Positions 29,734 to 39,167 of a stretch of DNA of 64,000 nt are shown here, one piece after another. The DNA is from Kiritimatiellia bacterium. Lineage in GTDB: Bacteria; Verrucomicrobiota; Kiritimatiellia; RFP12; UBA1067. Every line of letters begins with the position of its first letter. Within the stretch, counting starts at the first letter, position 1. The translations under genes were made by a program, and so were the position numbers. The stretch covers positions 60,215 through 124,214 of the forward strand of contig JBMNFY010000020.1 in assembly GCA_050949565.1 (NCBI GenBank), given 5' to 3'. Below the pieces are notes generated by a model. The model saw only the letters and a list, made by a program, of their open reading frames with translations, was not told where the DNA came from and ran no database searches.

Positions 29734-29865
29734 CGCACGGCGCGTTTTACGCGCCGCGGCTTCTTGGTGTCGCTGGCGGCGGCGATGCTGTGCCGCCAGC
29801 GGCGGATGCGCGTGTGCCGTCTGGATGACGCGCGTGTGCGGCAAATGGCCAAGTGGGCGGGTTGA
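29710..29865 (+). CDS. Small twin-arginine-motif peptide; native start at 29048 separated by the MITE
   Basis: MAPVANRL-RTARFTRRGFLVSLAAAMLC...KWAG*; the reconstructed empty site gives a 44-aa ORF coupled to amrS via TGATG. Confidence 0.6.
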   Translation: MAPVANRLRTARFTRRGFLVSLAAAMLCRQRRMRVCRLDDARVRQMAKWAG

Positions 29866-29882
29866 GCGCGGGAGGGAATGAT

Positions 29883-31460
29883 ATGCGCAGGATACTGCCG
29901 GGAGTGGTGTCGATTGTATGTGCGGTCGCGATGGTGGGCTGTTCGGGCGAGCGGCCACGGTCGCCAAATCAGGAGGATGTGCCAATGAAAAAAGTAATGG
30001 TGTCGCCGTTGGCGGGCCGCTGGTTTCAGGATAGCGAACGCGCATTGCGTGATGAGATCGCGGAGTTGTGCAAAGGCATCACAGTCGTGCGCAAAAAAAA
30101 TGTGTGCGCGGCGGTGGTGCCGCATGCGGGTTACCGCTTTTCAGGACGTGTGGCGGCAGGAGTTTTTCTGCGCATTGACCCCAAACCGATCAACCGCATT
30201 GTGGTGATGGGGCCCAGCCACTACGTGGGGATGCACAACCGGGTCAGTATTCCGGATGCGACGCATTTCCGCACACCGCTCGGTGAGTTGCCGGTAGACA
30301 CGGCGTTCGTGAAGCGCGCGCGGGCATTGCCCTTCGTCACACAGGAGCCGCAGGCACATACACAAGAGCACAGCGATCAGATCCAGTTGCCGCTTATTCA
30401 GGCGTGCTTGGCCACCAACATCCCGGTCGTGTGCGTGGTGTGCGGGAGGTTCAATCCAGAGAATCTCCTGAAGGCGGCCGCCGCGTTCAGAGAATTACTG
30501 GATGACCGTACGCTTGTGGTCGCGAGTTCGGATTTCACGCATTACGGCGCGAACTACAGGTATGTGCCGTTCACCAACGATGTGCAGCGCAAGATTGAGA
30601 CGCTGGACATGGGAATCTTCGACCTGTTCGCGCGCAAGGATCTTGATGGTTTTCTGAAACGGCTGGATGAGACGGGTGCCACGGTTTGCGGGCGCGATCC
30701 GCTGGCGTTCCTGTTGGCGATGATGCCGGAAAACGCCAAGGTCGAACGCACGGCTTATGAAACATCGGGACGGCTTACGCATGATACGCGGAATTCGGTG
30801 AGTTATCTCGGGGCGCTGGTGACCGGGACGTGGGACACGCCTGCAAAAAAGGTTCAGCCAACCGTAGCGAGCACGGAAAAAATCCCCGACGAAGATTGCG
30901 ATTGGCTGTTGGCTTGGGCGCGTGAGACGCTTGAAGAGGCCTTCAAGAGCGGTGAGCGACGCACGGCCTTGCGCGAGCCTGCGGCCTTGACGGATGGGCT
31001 GCGCGCGATGCGGGGCGGGTTCGTGACGCTGAACAAGCGGGGCGAGTTGCGCGGTTGTATCGGCGAGATCGTGCCGCGTCGCGAGATCTGGAAGGTCGTG
31101 CGCGAGCAGGCGCTCAATGCGGCGTTTCATGATCCGCGTTTTCCGTCGCTTACCGAAAAGGAACTCAATGAGATTGATATTGAGATCTCGATGCTGACTC
31201 CGCCGCGTCCGGTGGCATCGTGGCGTGACATTGTGATCGGCAAGCATGGGATGGTGTTGACCAAGGGCGGGCGTAGCGCGGTGTTCCTGCCGCAGGTTGC
31301 GCCGGAGCAGGGGTGGGGCCTCGAAGAGACGCTTACGCATCTCGCCATGAAGGCCGGACTTTCCCCGGAAGCATGGCGCGAAGGTGCGGAGTTCTTGGTG
31401 TTCGAAGCGCAGGTGATTCAAGAGAAGGCCGGGAAGGGGAACAAGGAGGATGGACGGTGA
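29883..31460 (+). CDS. amrB: AmmeMemoRadiSam protein B (MEMO1) - protein A (AMMECR1) fusion with lipoprotein signal
   Basis: PHAGYRFSG, GPSH, EHS, SSDFTHYG, TVCG; then GGFVTL...LRGCIG, DPRF, FLPQVA; N-terminal AMVGC lipobox; RBS ggaggg. Confidence 0.92.
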   Translation: MRRILPGVVSIVCAVAMVGCSGERPRSPNQEDVPMKKVMVSPLAGRWFQDSERALRDEIAELCKGITVVRKKNVCAAVVPHAGYRFSGRVAAGVFLRIDPKPINRIVVMGPSHYVGMHNRVSIPDATHFRTPLGELPVDTAFVKRARALPFVTQEPQAHTQEHSDQIQLPLIQACLATNIPVVCVVCGRFNPENLLKAAAAFRELLDDRTLVVASSDFTHYGANYRYVPFTNDVQRKIETLDMGIFDLFARKDLDGFLKRLDETGATVCGRDPLAFLLAMMPENAKVERTAYETSGRLTHDTRNSVSYLGALVTGTWDTPAKKVQPTVASTEKIPDEDCDWLLAWARETLEEAFKSGERRTALREPAALTDGLRAMRGGFVTLNKRGELRGCIGEIVPRREIWKVVREQALNAAFHDPRFPSLTEKELNEIDIEISMLTPPRPVASWRDIVIGKHGMVLTKGGRSAVFLPQVAPEQGWGLEETLTHLAMKAGLSPEAWREGAEFLVFEAQVIQEKAGKGNKEDGR

Positions 31461-33794
31461 AACGAGGATTGACGGGAATCATCTGTTGCCTAGCGATATG
31501 TGCAGGCTGTGAATCGACGAGACCGGAGCATCGGGCAGAGGCGGTTAGCGCGCCTTGCGATTGGCAAGGCGCGCGCTGGATCGGTGATGGTCTGCCGCAG
31601 CCGGAACGCGACGAGGATTTTTATAAAGACGATCCCGCGCCGATCTTCCGCCGTCGCTTCCCCGTTACGAAAAAGGTGGATGCGGCGCACCTGCATGTGG
31701 TTGGTCTGGGCCTGTATGCAGCGACATTAAACGGCGTGCCGCTGCATGACGGACTGGCACCGCTGTGGACACCGTTCGGCGCACGTGTTTTGTACGACAC
31801 CTATGATGTGTCGAAGGCGGTTCAACGCGGTGACAACGAGATACGGATAGCATTGGGCAACGGATGGTACAACCCCTTGCCGCTACGCATGTGGGGACGA
31901 TTCAATCTGCGTTCGGTGTTAGCGGTCGGGCGGCCTTGTCTGATCGCCAAACTGGACGTGCGTTACGCGGACGGATCGCGTGAAGAGGTGGTGAGCGACA
32001 CAACGTGGCAAGTCGCAACGGGTGCGGTGGTGCGCAACAGTTTGTATCTGGGGGAAACGTACGATGCGCGGCGCGAGGGTGAGTTGACATGGCGACCGGC
32101 GGTGGCCGTTGCCGGTCCTGCCGGTGCGTTGCAGCCGCGTCTGGCACCGCCGGTCTGCGTATATGAAACTTGGCGGGCGAAGCAGGTGACCGAACCGACG
32201 CCCGGTGTGTACGTGGTGGATATGGGACGGAATTTCGCCGGGGTAGCGCAGATTGATCTGGGTGTCGGTGCGCGTGGCGAACGGATTGTTTTCCGTTACG
32301 GCGAGTTACTGAATAAAGACGGCACGGTCAATGGGTTGACGGGCGTGTGCGGTCAGATCAAGCGCGCGGGGATGGGCGGCGCGGGAGCCCCGGCTGTGGC
32401 GGAGCAGCGGGATGAGTACATCAGGCGTGGCGGCGAACCTGAGCGCTATCGGCCGCGGTTCACGTGGCACGGCTTCCGATATGTCCAGATCGAAGGCTTG
32501 GCGTCACGCCCGCGACCGGAGGATGTGACGGCATACGCGTTGGCCTCGGCTGTCAAAGACGCTTCGCGTTTCGAGTGTTCGGATCCCATGCTGAACAGGT
32601 TGCATCGTGTGTGTCGCGATACGTTTTTGGGCAATCTAATGGGTGTGCAGTCGGATTGTCCGGCGCGCGAACGTTTCGGTTACGGTGCGGATATCGCTGC
32701 TACGACAGAGGCGTTCATCTTTCAATTCGACATGCAGACTTTCTATGCGAAGACGATTCAGGATTTTGCGGATGAAGCGGCGCAAGACGGTTGGTTCACA
32801 GAGACCGCGCCGTATGTCGGCATTGCGGATCGCGGGTTCGGCGGACGGTCGGGACCGATCGGCTGGACGGTCGGCGTGCCGGTGATGATGCGCGACCTTT
32901 ACCGATATTACGGTGACCGTGAGGTCGTCGCGCGTCACTATGAGGCCTGTGCGCGTTACCTTGAATTGGTGAAAGGCAAGTGCCCGGATCTGATTGTGCC
33001 GCGTTGCATCGGCGATCATGAGGCGCTGGAAAAAGCACCCGAGCCGCTGACGGCCACAGCGCATTTTTACCAATGGGCGCGGCTGGTCGCGGACTTTGCC
33101 ACGATTCTCGGTAAACCGGAAGAGGCGAAAAAGTTTGATGTGCTGGCGGACGATATCCGTACGGCGTTTCAAAAGAAATTCGTGGCGGGCGGCAAGGTGG
33201 GGCAGGGGACGTCAAGGCGAACAGGCGTTCGGGCTGTATCACCGGTTGATCCCGGAAGCGGATCGTCCGGCGGCGCTCGAGATGTTACGTAAAGACATCG
33301 AAGCGCATGGCGGCGCGTTGACGACCGGTATTTTCGGTACCAAATACCTGCTGGATGTTTTAAGCACGGAGGGGTTGGAAGAGTGGGCGGGCAAACTCGC
33401 GGTACGGCGTGAATTCCCGAGCTGGGGTTACATGCTGGACAACGGGGCGACAACCCTGTGGGAAACGTGGAAGCCGTCCGACAACACTTACAGCCAAAAT
33501 CATCCGATGTTCGGATCGGTGGATGAGTGGATGATGAAGCATGTGCTGGGGATCGAGGTGCCTGATGATGCCGTAGGCTGTAACAAGGTTATGATCCAGC
33601 CAAAACCTGTGGCGGGGCTGACGTGGGCGCGCGGTAGCTACGACACACCGCACGGGCCGCTGCGGGTGGATTGGAAACTCGATGCCGATCAAATGAAGCT
33701 GACGGTCGAGGTGCCGGACGGCGTGTGCGCCCGTGTTTGGCTGGCGGCTGAAAAGAAGTGGGTTGAAGCCCGTATCGGAAAAAATCAGTGGTGA
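31457..33794 (+). pseudogene. Alpha-L-rhamnosidase (GH78), split by a +1 frameshift near 33205-33211
   Basis: SDCPARERFGY in the first frame; TGIFGT, GATTLWETW and SQNHPMFG in the second; removing one G of GGGG restores a single ORF. Confidence 0.85.
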
Positions 33795-34579
33795 CGTCGA
33801 TCCCCAAAATAAAACTATACGACACGCACGCGCATTTTGACGGTTCGCCGTTGGAGACGCTGACGGTCATGGAGCGGGCGCTTGCCGCTGGTGTAGAGCG
33901 CGTGGTGGCGGTGGGCGGCAGCACGTCGTTGAATGTGGGGGCGATCGCGGTGGCGGGTGCTTTCCCGGAGTGTGTGCGACTGGCGCTCGGCTTCGACCGC
34001 GATCAGGCAACGGACGCATCGCCGGAAGTATATGTCGAGACGTTGCGCAGTCTGGCGGCGGTGAATACGCTATCTGCGGTAGGCGAGACCGGATTGGACT
34101 TCCACTATCACCCCGAGACGGCTGATGCGCAACGCGCACTTTTCCGCGCCCAGTTGCTGTTGGCCGATGAATGGCAATTGCCGGTGATCATTCACACGCG
34201 CGAGGCTGAAGAAGCCACGTTGCAGGTGCTAGACGAAACGCCGTGGCGCGGCGAGGGGTTGCGCGGCGTCGTGCATTGTTTCACGGGTGACAAGACCTTC
34301 GCAGAGCAACTGATTGAGCGTTCGCTGGCCATCAGCTTCAGCGGCATCGTGACTTTCCGCAACGCCGATATGCTGCGTGAAAGCGCGGCGTCTGTGCCGG
34401 ACGAACGGCTGCTGATCGAGACGGATTCGCCGTTTCTGGCACCGGTGCCCAAACGCTCGCTGCGCAATGAACCGGCTTTCGTGGTATACGTCGCCGAATG
34501 TCTGGCGAAGGTGCGTGGCACGACCGTCGAGCACATCGCGGCAGTTACGTATGAAAATGCGGTACGGCTATTCGGGTGA
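33788..34579 (+). CDS. tatD: TatD family hydrolase
   Basis: DTHAH, VGETGLD, IHTREA, HCF, ETDSP. Confidence 0.93.
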   Translation: MVTSIPKIKLYDTHAHFDGSPLETLTVMERALAAGVERVVAVGGSTSLNVGAIAVAGAFPECVRLALGFDRDQATDASPEVYVETLRSLAAVNTLSAVGETGLDFHYHPETADAQRALFRAQLLLADEWQLPVIIHTREAEEATLQVLDETPWRGEGLRGVVHCFTGDKTFAEQLIERSLAISFSGIVTFRNADMLRESAASVPDERLLIETDSPFLAPVPKRSLRNEPAFVVYVAECLAKVRGTTVEHIAAVTYENAVRLFG

Positions 34580-34592
34580 GGCACTGTTTGGT

Positions 34593-34622
34593 GAACCATG
34601 AAACACATGAAACTTCATGAAA
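34593..34622 (+). repeat. Short dispersed repeat gaaccatgaaac(ac)atgaaacttcatgaaaa
   Basis: Near-identical copy at 58472-58500; both lie at gene 3' ends. Confidence 0.65.
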
Positions 34623-34645
34623 ATTGGTAAAATTGCGATGCGCGG

Positions 34646-35914
34646 TTATATCAGAGTGATTGGCGTTTCTTCGCGGGTGGTGAGATTTTTGCGTTTGGCG
34701 CTACCGGCGGCGACATCGTCCGGGCCGATGAAAATCGCGTCGGCCGCGTCGCTGGCACCGGCACGCGCGAAAAACTGTTTGGGTTTGAGACGCGCCAGCA
34801 TGAGGTCGACGCGCTCACCCTGTTCGCGCAGACTGCGGGCGAGGCGTGTGGCAGCTTCGCGCTGCTCGGGGAACATGTATCCGATGACGACGCCGTGTTT
34901 CTCAGCGGCGGCGGTTTCGCCCAGTAGCTCTTTCAGCACCTCTACCACGACAACATCGCCGAAGCCGAGTCCGACGGCGGGCGTGGGCGCGCCGCCGATG
35001 GTGGTGAGCAGGCTGTCGTAGCGGCCGCCGCCGAAGATCGCGCGGAATTTGCGCTGCGTGTCGAAGGCCTCAAAGACGATGCCCGTATAATAGGCCAGAC
35101 CGCGGATCACCGAGATATCGAAAACCAAGCGGTCGGCGATGCCGTAGACTTCGGCGAGGGCAAAGAGTTCATGTAGTGCGGCGAGCGCCGGCGAGTCGGG
35201 CCCGGCGAGCGCAGCTGCCTGATCGAGCGTCTCGATGCTCAGCAGCTCGAAGGTCTTGTTGATCGCGTCGTCGCCGAGTCCTTCGGCGCGCAGCAGGACG
35301 GCGATATCGTCGTCGCTGATTTTGCCGCGTTTGTCGAGCGCCAGGAAAACGGCGGCGTGGTTGTCCTGGGCGATGCCGGAGGCGGCCAGCAGTTCGGCCA
35401 GCAATTCCCGGTTGTTGACGCGGATGCGGTAGGCGTCGTCGGGCATGCCCATCGCGCGCAGCGCGGCGGCGGCGGCGGCGAGGATTTCGATCTCGGCCGA
35501 GACGCTCTCCTCGCCGATGATATCCATGTTCCACTGGTAGTGTTCGCGTTTGCGGCCGCGGGTCATGCGTTCATAGCGGAAGCACTGGGCGACCGTGAAC
35601 CATTTGACCGGGAAGCTGAGCTGGCCTTGGCGCGCCGCGATCATGCGGGCGAGCGTGGGCGTCATTTCGGGACGCAGGGCGAGCTTGCGGCCGCTCTTGT
35701 CTTCGAAGTGGTAGATCTGCTCAGAAACCTCCTCGCCGCTTTTACGCTGCAGCAGTTCGAGGCTTTCGACGACACAGGCGTCGTAGGGCTGGAAGCCGTG
35801 GGCGACCGCTGCTTCACGCCACGCATCAAAGACGCGATTGCGCCAGCGCATGTCTTCCGGATAAAAGTCGCGCATGCCGCGCGGGGGATCGAAGGAGAGG
35901 GATGTGGAACTCAT
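34646..35914 (-). CDS. hisS: Histidine--tRNA ligase
   Basis: PRGMRDF, LRPEMTP, FRYER, RGLAYYTG, GGGRYD. Confidence 0.96.
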   Translation of the reverse strand: MSSTSLSFDPPRGMRDFYPEDMRWRNRVFDAWREAAVAHGFQPYDACVVESLELLQRKSGEEVSEQIYHFEDKSGRKLALRPEMTPTLARMIAARQGQLSFPVKWFTVAQCFRYERMTRGRKREHYQWNMDIIGEESVSAEIEILAAAAAALRAMGMPDDAYRIRVNNRELLAELLAASGIAQDNHAAVFLALDKRGKISDDDIAVLLRAEGLGDDAINKTFELLSIETLDQAAALAGPDSPALAALHELFALAEVYGIADRLVFDISVIRGLAYYTGIVFEAFDTQRKFRAIFGGGRYDSLLTTIGGAPTPAVGLGFGDVVVVEVLKELLGETAAAEKHGVVIGYMFPEQREAATRLARSLREQGERVDLMLARLKPKQFFARAGASDAADAIFIGPDDVAAGSAKRKNLTTREETPITLI

Positions 35915-35919
35915 GGGAT

Positions 35920-36234
35920 TTACTTGTCGTCGGCCAGCATGTCGCGCATGCGTTTGCCGGGTTTGAATTTAACGACGCGGCGGACAGGAATCACCACCAC
36001 GTCTTCGGGTTTATTGGGGTTGCGGCCGATGCGGGCCTTGCGGGTGGTCACTTCAAAGACCCCGAATTCACGAAACTCCACATGCCTGCCCGCTCCGAGT
36101 GCATCGATGATGCCATCGAGTGTTTGCTGGACAACGTTAAAGACGTCGTTCTGTGTGAGTCCGGTCTCTGCGGCGATCTGCGCAACCAGCTCGCGCTTGG
36201 TCAAAGCGGTGCTTTTCAGAGCATCAGTCTTCAT
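35920..36234 (-). CDS. HU/IHF family DNA-binding protein
   Basis: LTKRELV, FGVF, RKARIGRNP, VKFKPGK. Confidence 0.93.
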   Translation of the reverse strand: MKTDALKSTALTKRELVAQIAAETGLTQNDVFNVVQQTLDGIIDALGAGRHVEFREFGVFEVTTRKARIGRNPNKPEDVVVIPVRRVVKFKPGKRMRDMLADDK

Positions 36235-36258
36235 GGTGGAACCTCACGGTGGGAGGGT

Positions 36259-37977
36259 TTACGGGCACAAGGCCTCGGTCAGTGCGGTAGCCTGCGCGGC
36301 GATGGCGTCTGCGGCCTGTTCGACCGGCACCAACGTGACCTCTTTGGAGGTGCGCAACTTAATTTCGACACCGCCTTTGGCCAGGCCTTTGGCGCCAACG
36401 ACCACGCGGATCGGGCTGCCGATCAGGTCGGCGTCCTTGAATTTTACGCCGGGGCGTTCTTCGCGGTCATCGACCAAGACATCGAGTCCGCGGGCGGCGA
36501 GCGTTTGCTCGAGGTCGTCCACAACCGCGCACACGGCTGGATCCTTGGGGTCGAGCAACAGCAGGGAAACGGCATACGGGGCGACTGAGATCGGCCAGAT
36601 GATGCCATCGGCGTCATGGCTTTGCTCGACGACAGCCTGGAGCGTTCGGGTGACGCCGATTCCGTAGCACCCCATGACCATCAATTCGCTTTGACCTTTA
36701 TCGTTCAGGTAGGTGGCATCAAACGATTCGGTATATTTGGTGCCGAGCTTGAAGACGTGGCCGACCTCGATGCCGCGTTTGATTTGCATCGGTTTGCCGC
36801 AGCGAGGGCAGGCGTCGCCCGAACCGACGATCACGAGATCTTCGAATGCGGTCACCGACGCATCACGTTCGAGCGAGACGTGGGTCAAGTGTGTGTCGGC
36901 CTTGTTCGCGCCGGTGGTGCGGTCGGTTGCGCCGTGCAGAGCCCGGTCAGCATAGATCGGAATGGTGAGCCCAACGGGACCGGAGAAGCCTGTGGGGGCA
37001 CCGGTGACCTTCTCAATGGTCGTATCGTCCGCCATGACGAGTTGCTTGGCATTGAGGAGACGTTTGAACTTATTCTCGTTGAGATCGCGGTCACCGGGGA
37101 CCAGCGCGGCGACCGGTTTGCCGTCGGCCAGATAGATCAACGTTTTGATGAAGCGGTCCGCAGGGCATCCGAACAGAGCGGTCAGATCATCAATCGTACG
37201 TGCGTCGGGGGTGTCGACTGCGAGCGGTGACGGGCACTCCGGGTCGTTGGCGGGGGTATCGGCGCGTTCGGCACGCTCTTGGTTGGCCGCGTATCCGCAG
37301 GCCGGGCAATCGATGATGCCGTCTTCACCCGAGTCGGCGAGCACCATGAATTCGTGGGACCACTTGCCGCCGATGTCGCCGGTGTCGGCCTCGACCGGAC
37401 GGGCGTCCAGGCCGCAGCGCTGGAAGATCCTGACATAGGCGTCGAACATGGCCTGATAGGAGGCGTCAGCGGCTTCGAGCGAGGTGTCGAAACTGTAGGC
37501 GTCCTTCATGATGAATTCCTTGGCACGCATCAGGCCGAATCGCGGGCGGATTTCATCGCGGAACTTGGTCTGTATCTGGTAGACGGTGCAGGGGAGTTGG
37601 CGGTAAGAGGAGACCTCACCTGCGAGGAGATCGGTGACAACCTCCTCGTGGGTGGGGCCGAGGGTCATTAACCGTTCGGCGCGGTCCTTCAGCCGGAACA
37701 TGCCGGGCCCCATGGTAGCGAGGCGACCGGAACGTTCCCAGAGTTCGGCAGGCTGGAGGGCCGGCATCAGGATTTCCTGGGCACCGGCGCGGTCCATCTC
37801 CTCGCGGACGATGTTGGAGACCTTATGCAGAGCACGCAGACCGAGGGGCATAAAGGTGTAAAGTCCACCCGAAAGCTTACGGATGAGTCCGGCGCGGACC
37901 ATGAGCTTGTGACTAACGATTTCCGCCTCCTGCGGGTCATCCCGCAGGGTGGCGAGGAGTAGACGCGACCAGCGCAT
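36259..37977 (-). CDS. proS: Proline--tRNA ligase
   Basis: LGPTHEE, KFRDEIRPRFGLMR, IEVGHVFKLG, MGCYGIG; editing insertion present. Confidence 0.97.
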   Translation of the reverse strand: MRWSRLLLATLRDDPQEAEIVSHKLMVRAGLIRKLSGGLYTFMPLGLRALHKVSNIVREEMDRAGAQEILMPALQPAELWERSGRLATMGPGMFRLKDRAERLMTLGPTHEEVVTDLLAGEVSSYRQLPCTVYQIQTKFRDEIRPRFGLMRAKEFIMKDAYSFDTSLEAADASYQAMFDAYVRIFQRCGLDARPVEADTGDIGGKWSHEFMVLADSGEDGIIDCPACGYAANQERAERADTPANDPECPSPLAVDTPDARTIDDLTALFGCPADRFIKTLIYLADGKPVAALVPGDRDLNENKFKRLLNAKQLVMADDTTIEKVTGAPTGFSGPVGLTIPIYADRALHGATDRTTGANKADTHLTHVSLERDASVTAFEDLVIVGSGDACPRCGKPMQIKRGIEVGHVFKLGTKYTESFDATYLNDKGQSELMVMGCYGIGVTRTLQAVVEQSHDADGIIWPISVAPYAVSLLLLDPKDPAVCAVVDDLEQTLAARGLDVLVDDREERPGVKFKDADLIGSPIRVVVGAKGLAKGGVEIKLRTSKEVTLVPVEQAADAIAAQATALTEALCP

Positions 37978-38106
37978 ATCAAAGAATCCTTCCTAACCTT
38001 CTATCGAACAAACAGTTGTGCAATATTTGACAGGATTCTCAGACAATGCGCAAGCGAAAAAAGACGAAGAAAAACCCTTGCCTCTCGTGATGAGATAAGC
38101 GACAAT

Positions 38107-39096
38107 ATGACTCGTAAAAGCGGACATAGGAGTGTTATGAATTTTCGGTCAAAAGCTAAGGGTTTTACTTTGGTGGAACTGTTGGTTGTGATCTCGATTT
38201 TAGGGATTCTAGCGGCGGCCTTGACGACTCAGATGACGAACGCGCGCGAGGCGGCGCGGGCCGTGAAGTGCAAGACGAATCTCAAGAATCTGACGCAGGC
38301 TGCTCTGGCGTACGCGACCGAGGATCACCCCGACACGGACTCGAATGAGTATGGGGATCGATGTATGCCGCGGGCGAAGTCGACCGAAGTGTTCCATTTT
38401 GATAGGGGTTGGATGGCGATCAAGTACAAACATCATCCAGGGTGGGTCTCGTGGACGTGGTCTAGCGGAGGCAACCCGTGGCCCAGCAGGAGTCCTCAGG
38501 CTGGTGCGATGAAGGCCGCCTGTTTTCATGGGGATCCCTCGGTGACGTATCATTCACTCTCGAACGGCGTGTTGTGGAAATATGCGGGTGCTGACGTGGA
38601 TACGTATGTGTGTGAGGCCCACAGAAAGGCCTGCAGGAGCAAAGGGGTGGGCAGTCTGAGGGCGCCGATCCGCCGTTCGTATGTGATGAACAAATATTTC
38701 GATGCAGACCGGTATGTTGGCGATCTTTCCGCTAGGGGGAGCGCCGGGGCGTTGTTGCTTTTTGCAGAGCTGCCCGCTTACACAGTCAAGGGCGGTGGGT
38801 TTGTTGAGTCAGTATCTACAGACACGAAAGCTTCTGACGGGGTTTTGGATGTTAAACTCAGCGGGCAGGGCGCTGCGGCCGATGAAGAGATCATCGGCTT
38901 CAATCACAGGGTCGCTAAGCGTCGCGTGGCTCATGTCGCCTTTGCGGATGGACATGTGGAAGGTATTGTGGCTCCCGAGAAAAAGGATCTGACGATCTCG
39001 AAACTGAAGGATTTGACGTGTCTGTTGTGCAACGGTGTGGATGTGCCAGCCGATCCAGGAAAGTGGTCGGCTGCTAAGAATGATCACGTGAAGTGA
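38107..39096 (+). CDS. Prepilin-type N-terminal cleavage/methylation protein with H-X9-DG motif
   Basis: GFTLVELLVVISILGILAA; CKTNLKNL; FNH...VAFADGHV. Confidence 0.9.
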   Translation: MTRKSGHRSVMNFRSKAKGFTLVELLVVISILGILAAALTTQMTNAREAARAVKCKTNLKNLTQAALAYATEDHPDTDSNEYGDRCMPRAKSTEVFHFDRGWMAIKYKHHPGWVSWTWSSGGNPWPSRSPQAGAMKAACFHGDPSVTYHSLSNGVLWKYAGADVDTYVCEAHRKACRSKGVGSLRAPIRRSYVMNKYFDADRYVGDLSARGSAGALLLFAELPAYTVKGGGFVESVSTDTKASDGVLDVKLSGQGAAADEEIIGFNHRVAKRRVAHVAFADGHVEGIVAPEKKDLTISKLKDLTCLLCNGVDVPADPGKWSAAKNDHVK

Positions 39097-39167
39097 GCTG
39101 GCCGTGGTAGCGAGCGGTGTGTGTGGATGCGCGATGTGACGGATCGAGAGAGGAGCGGTGGATCTGG

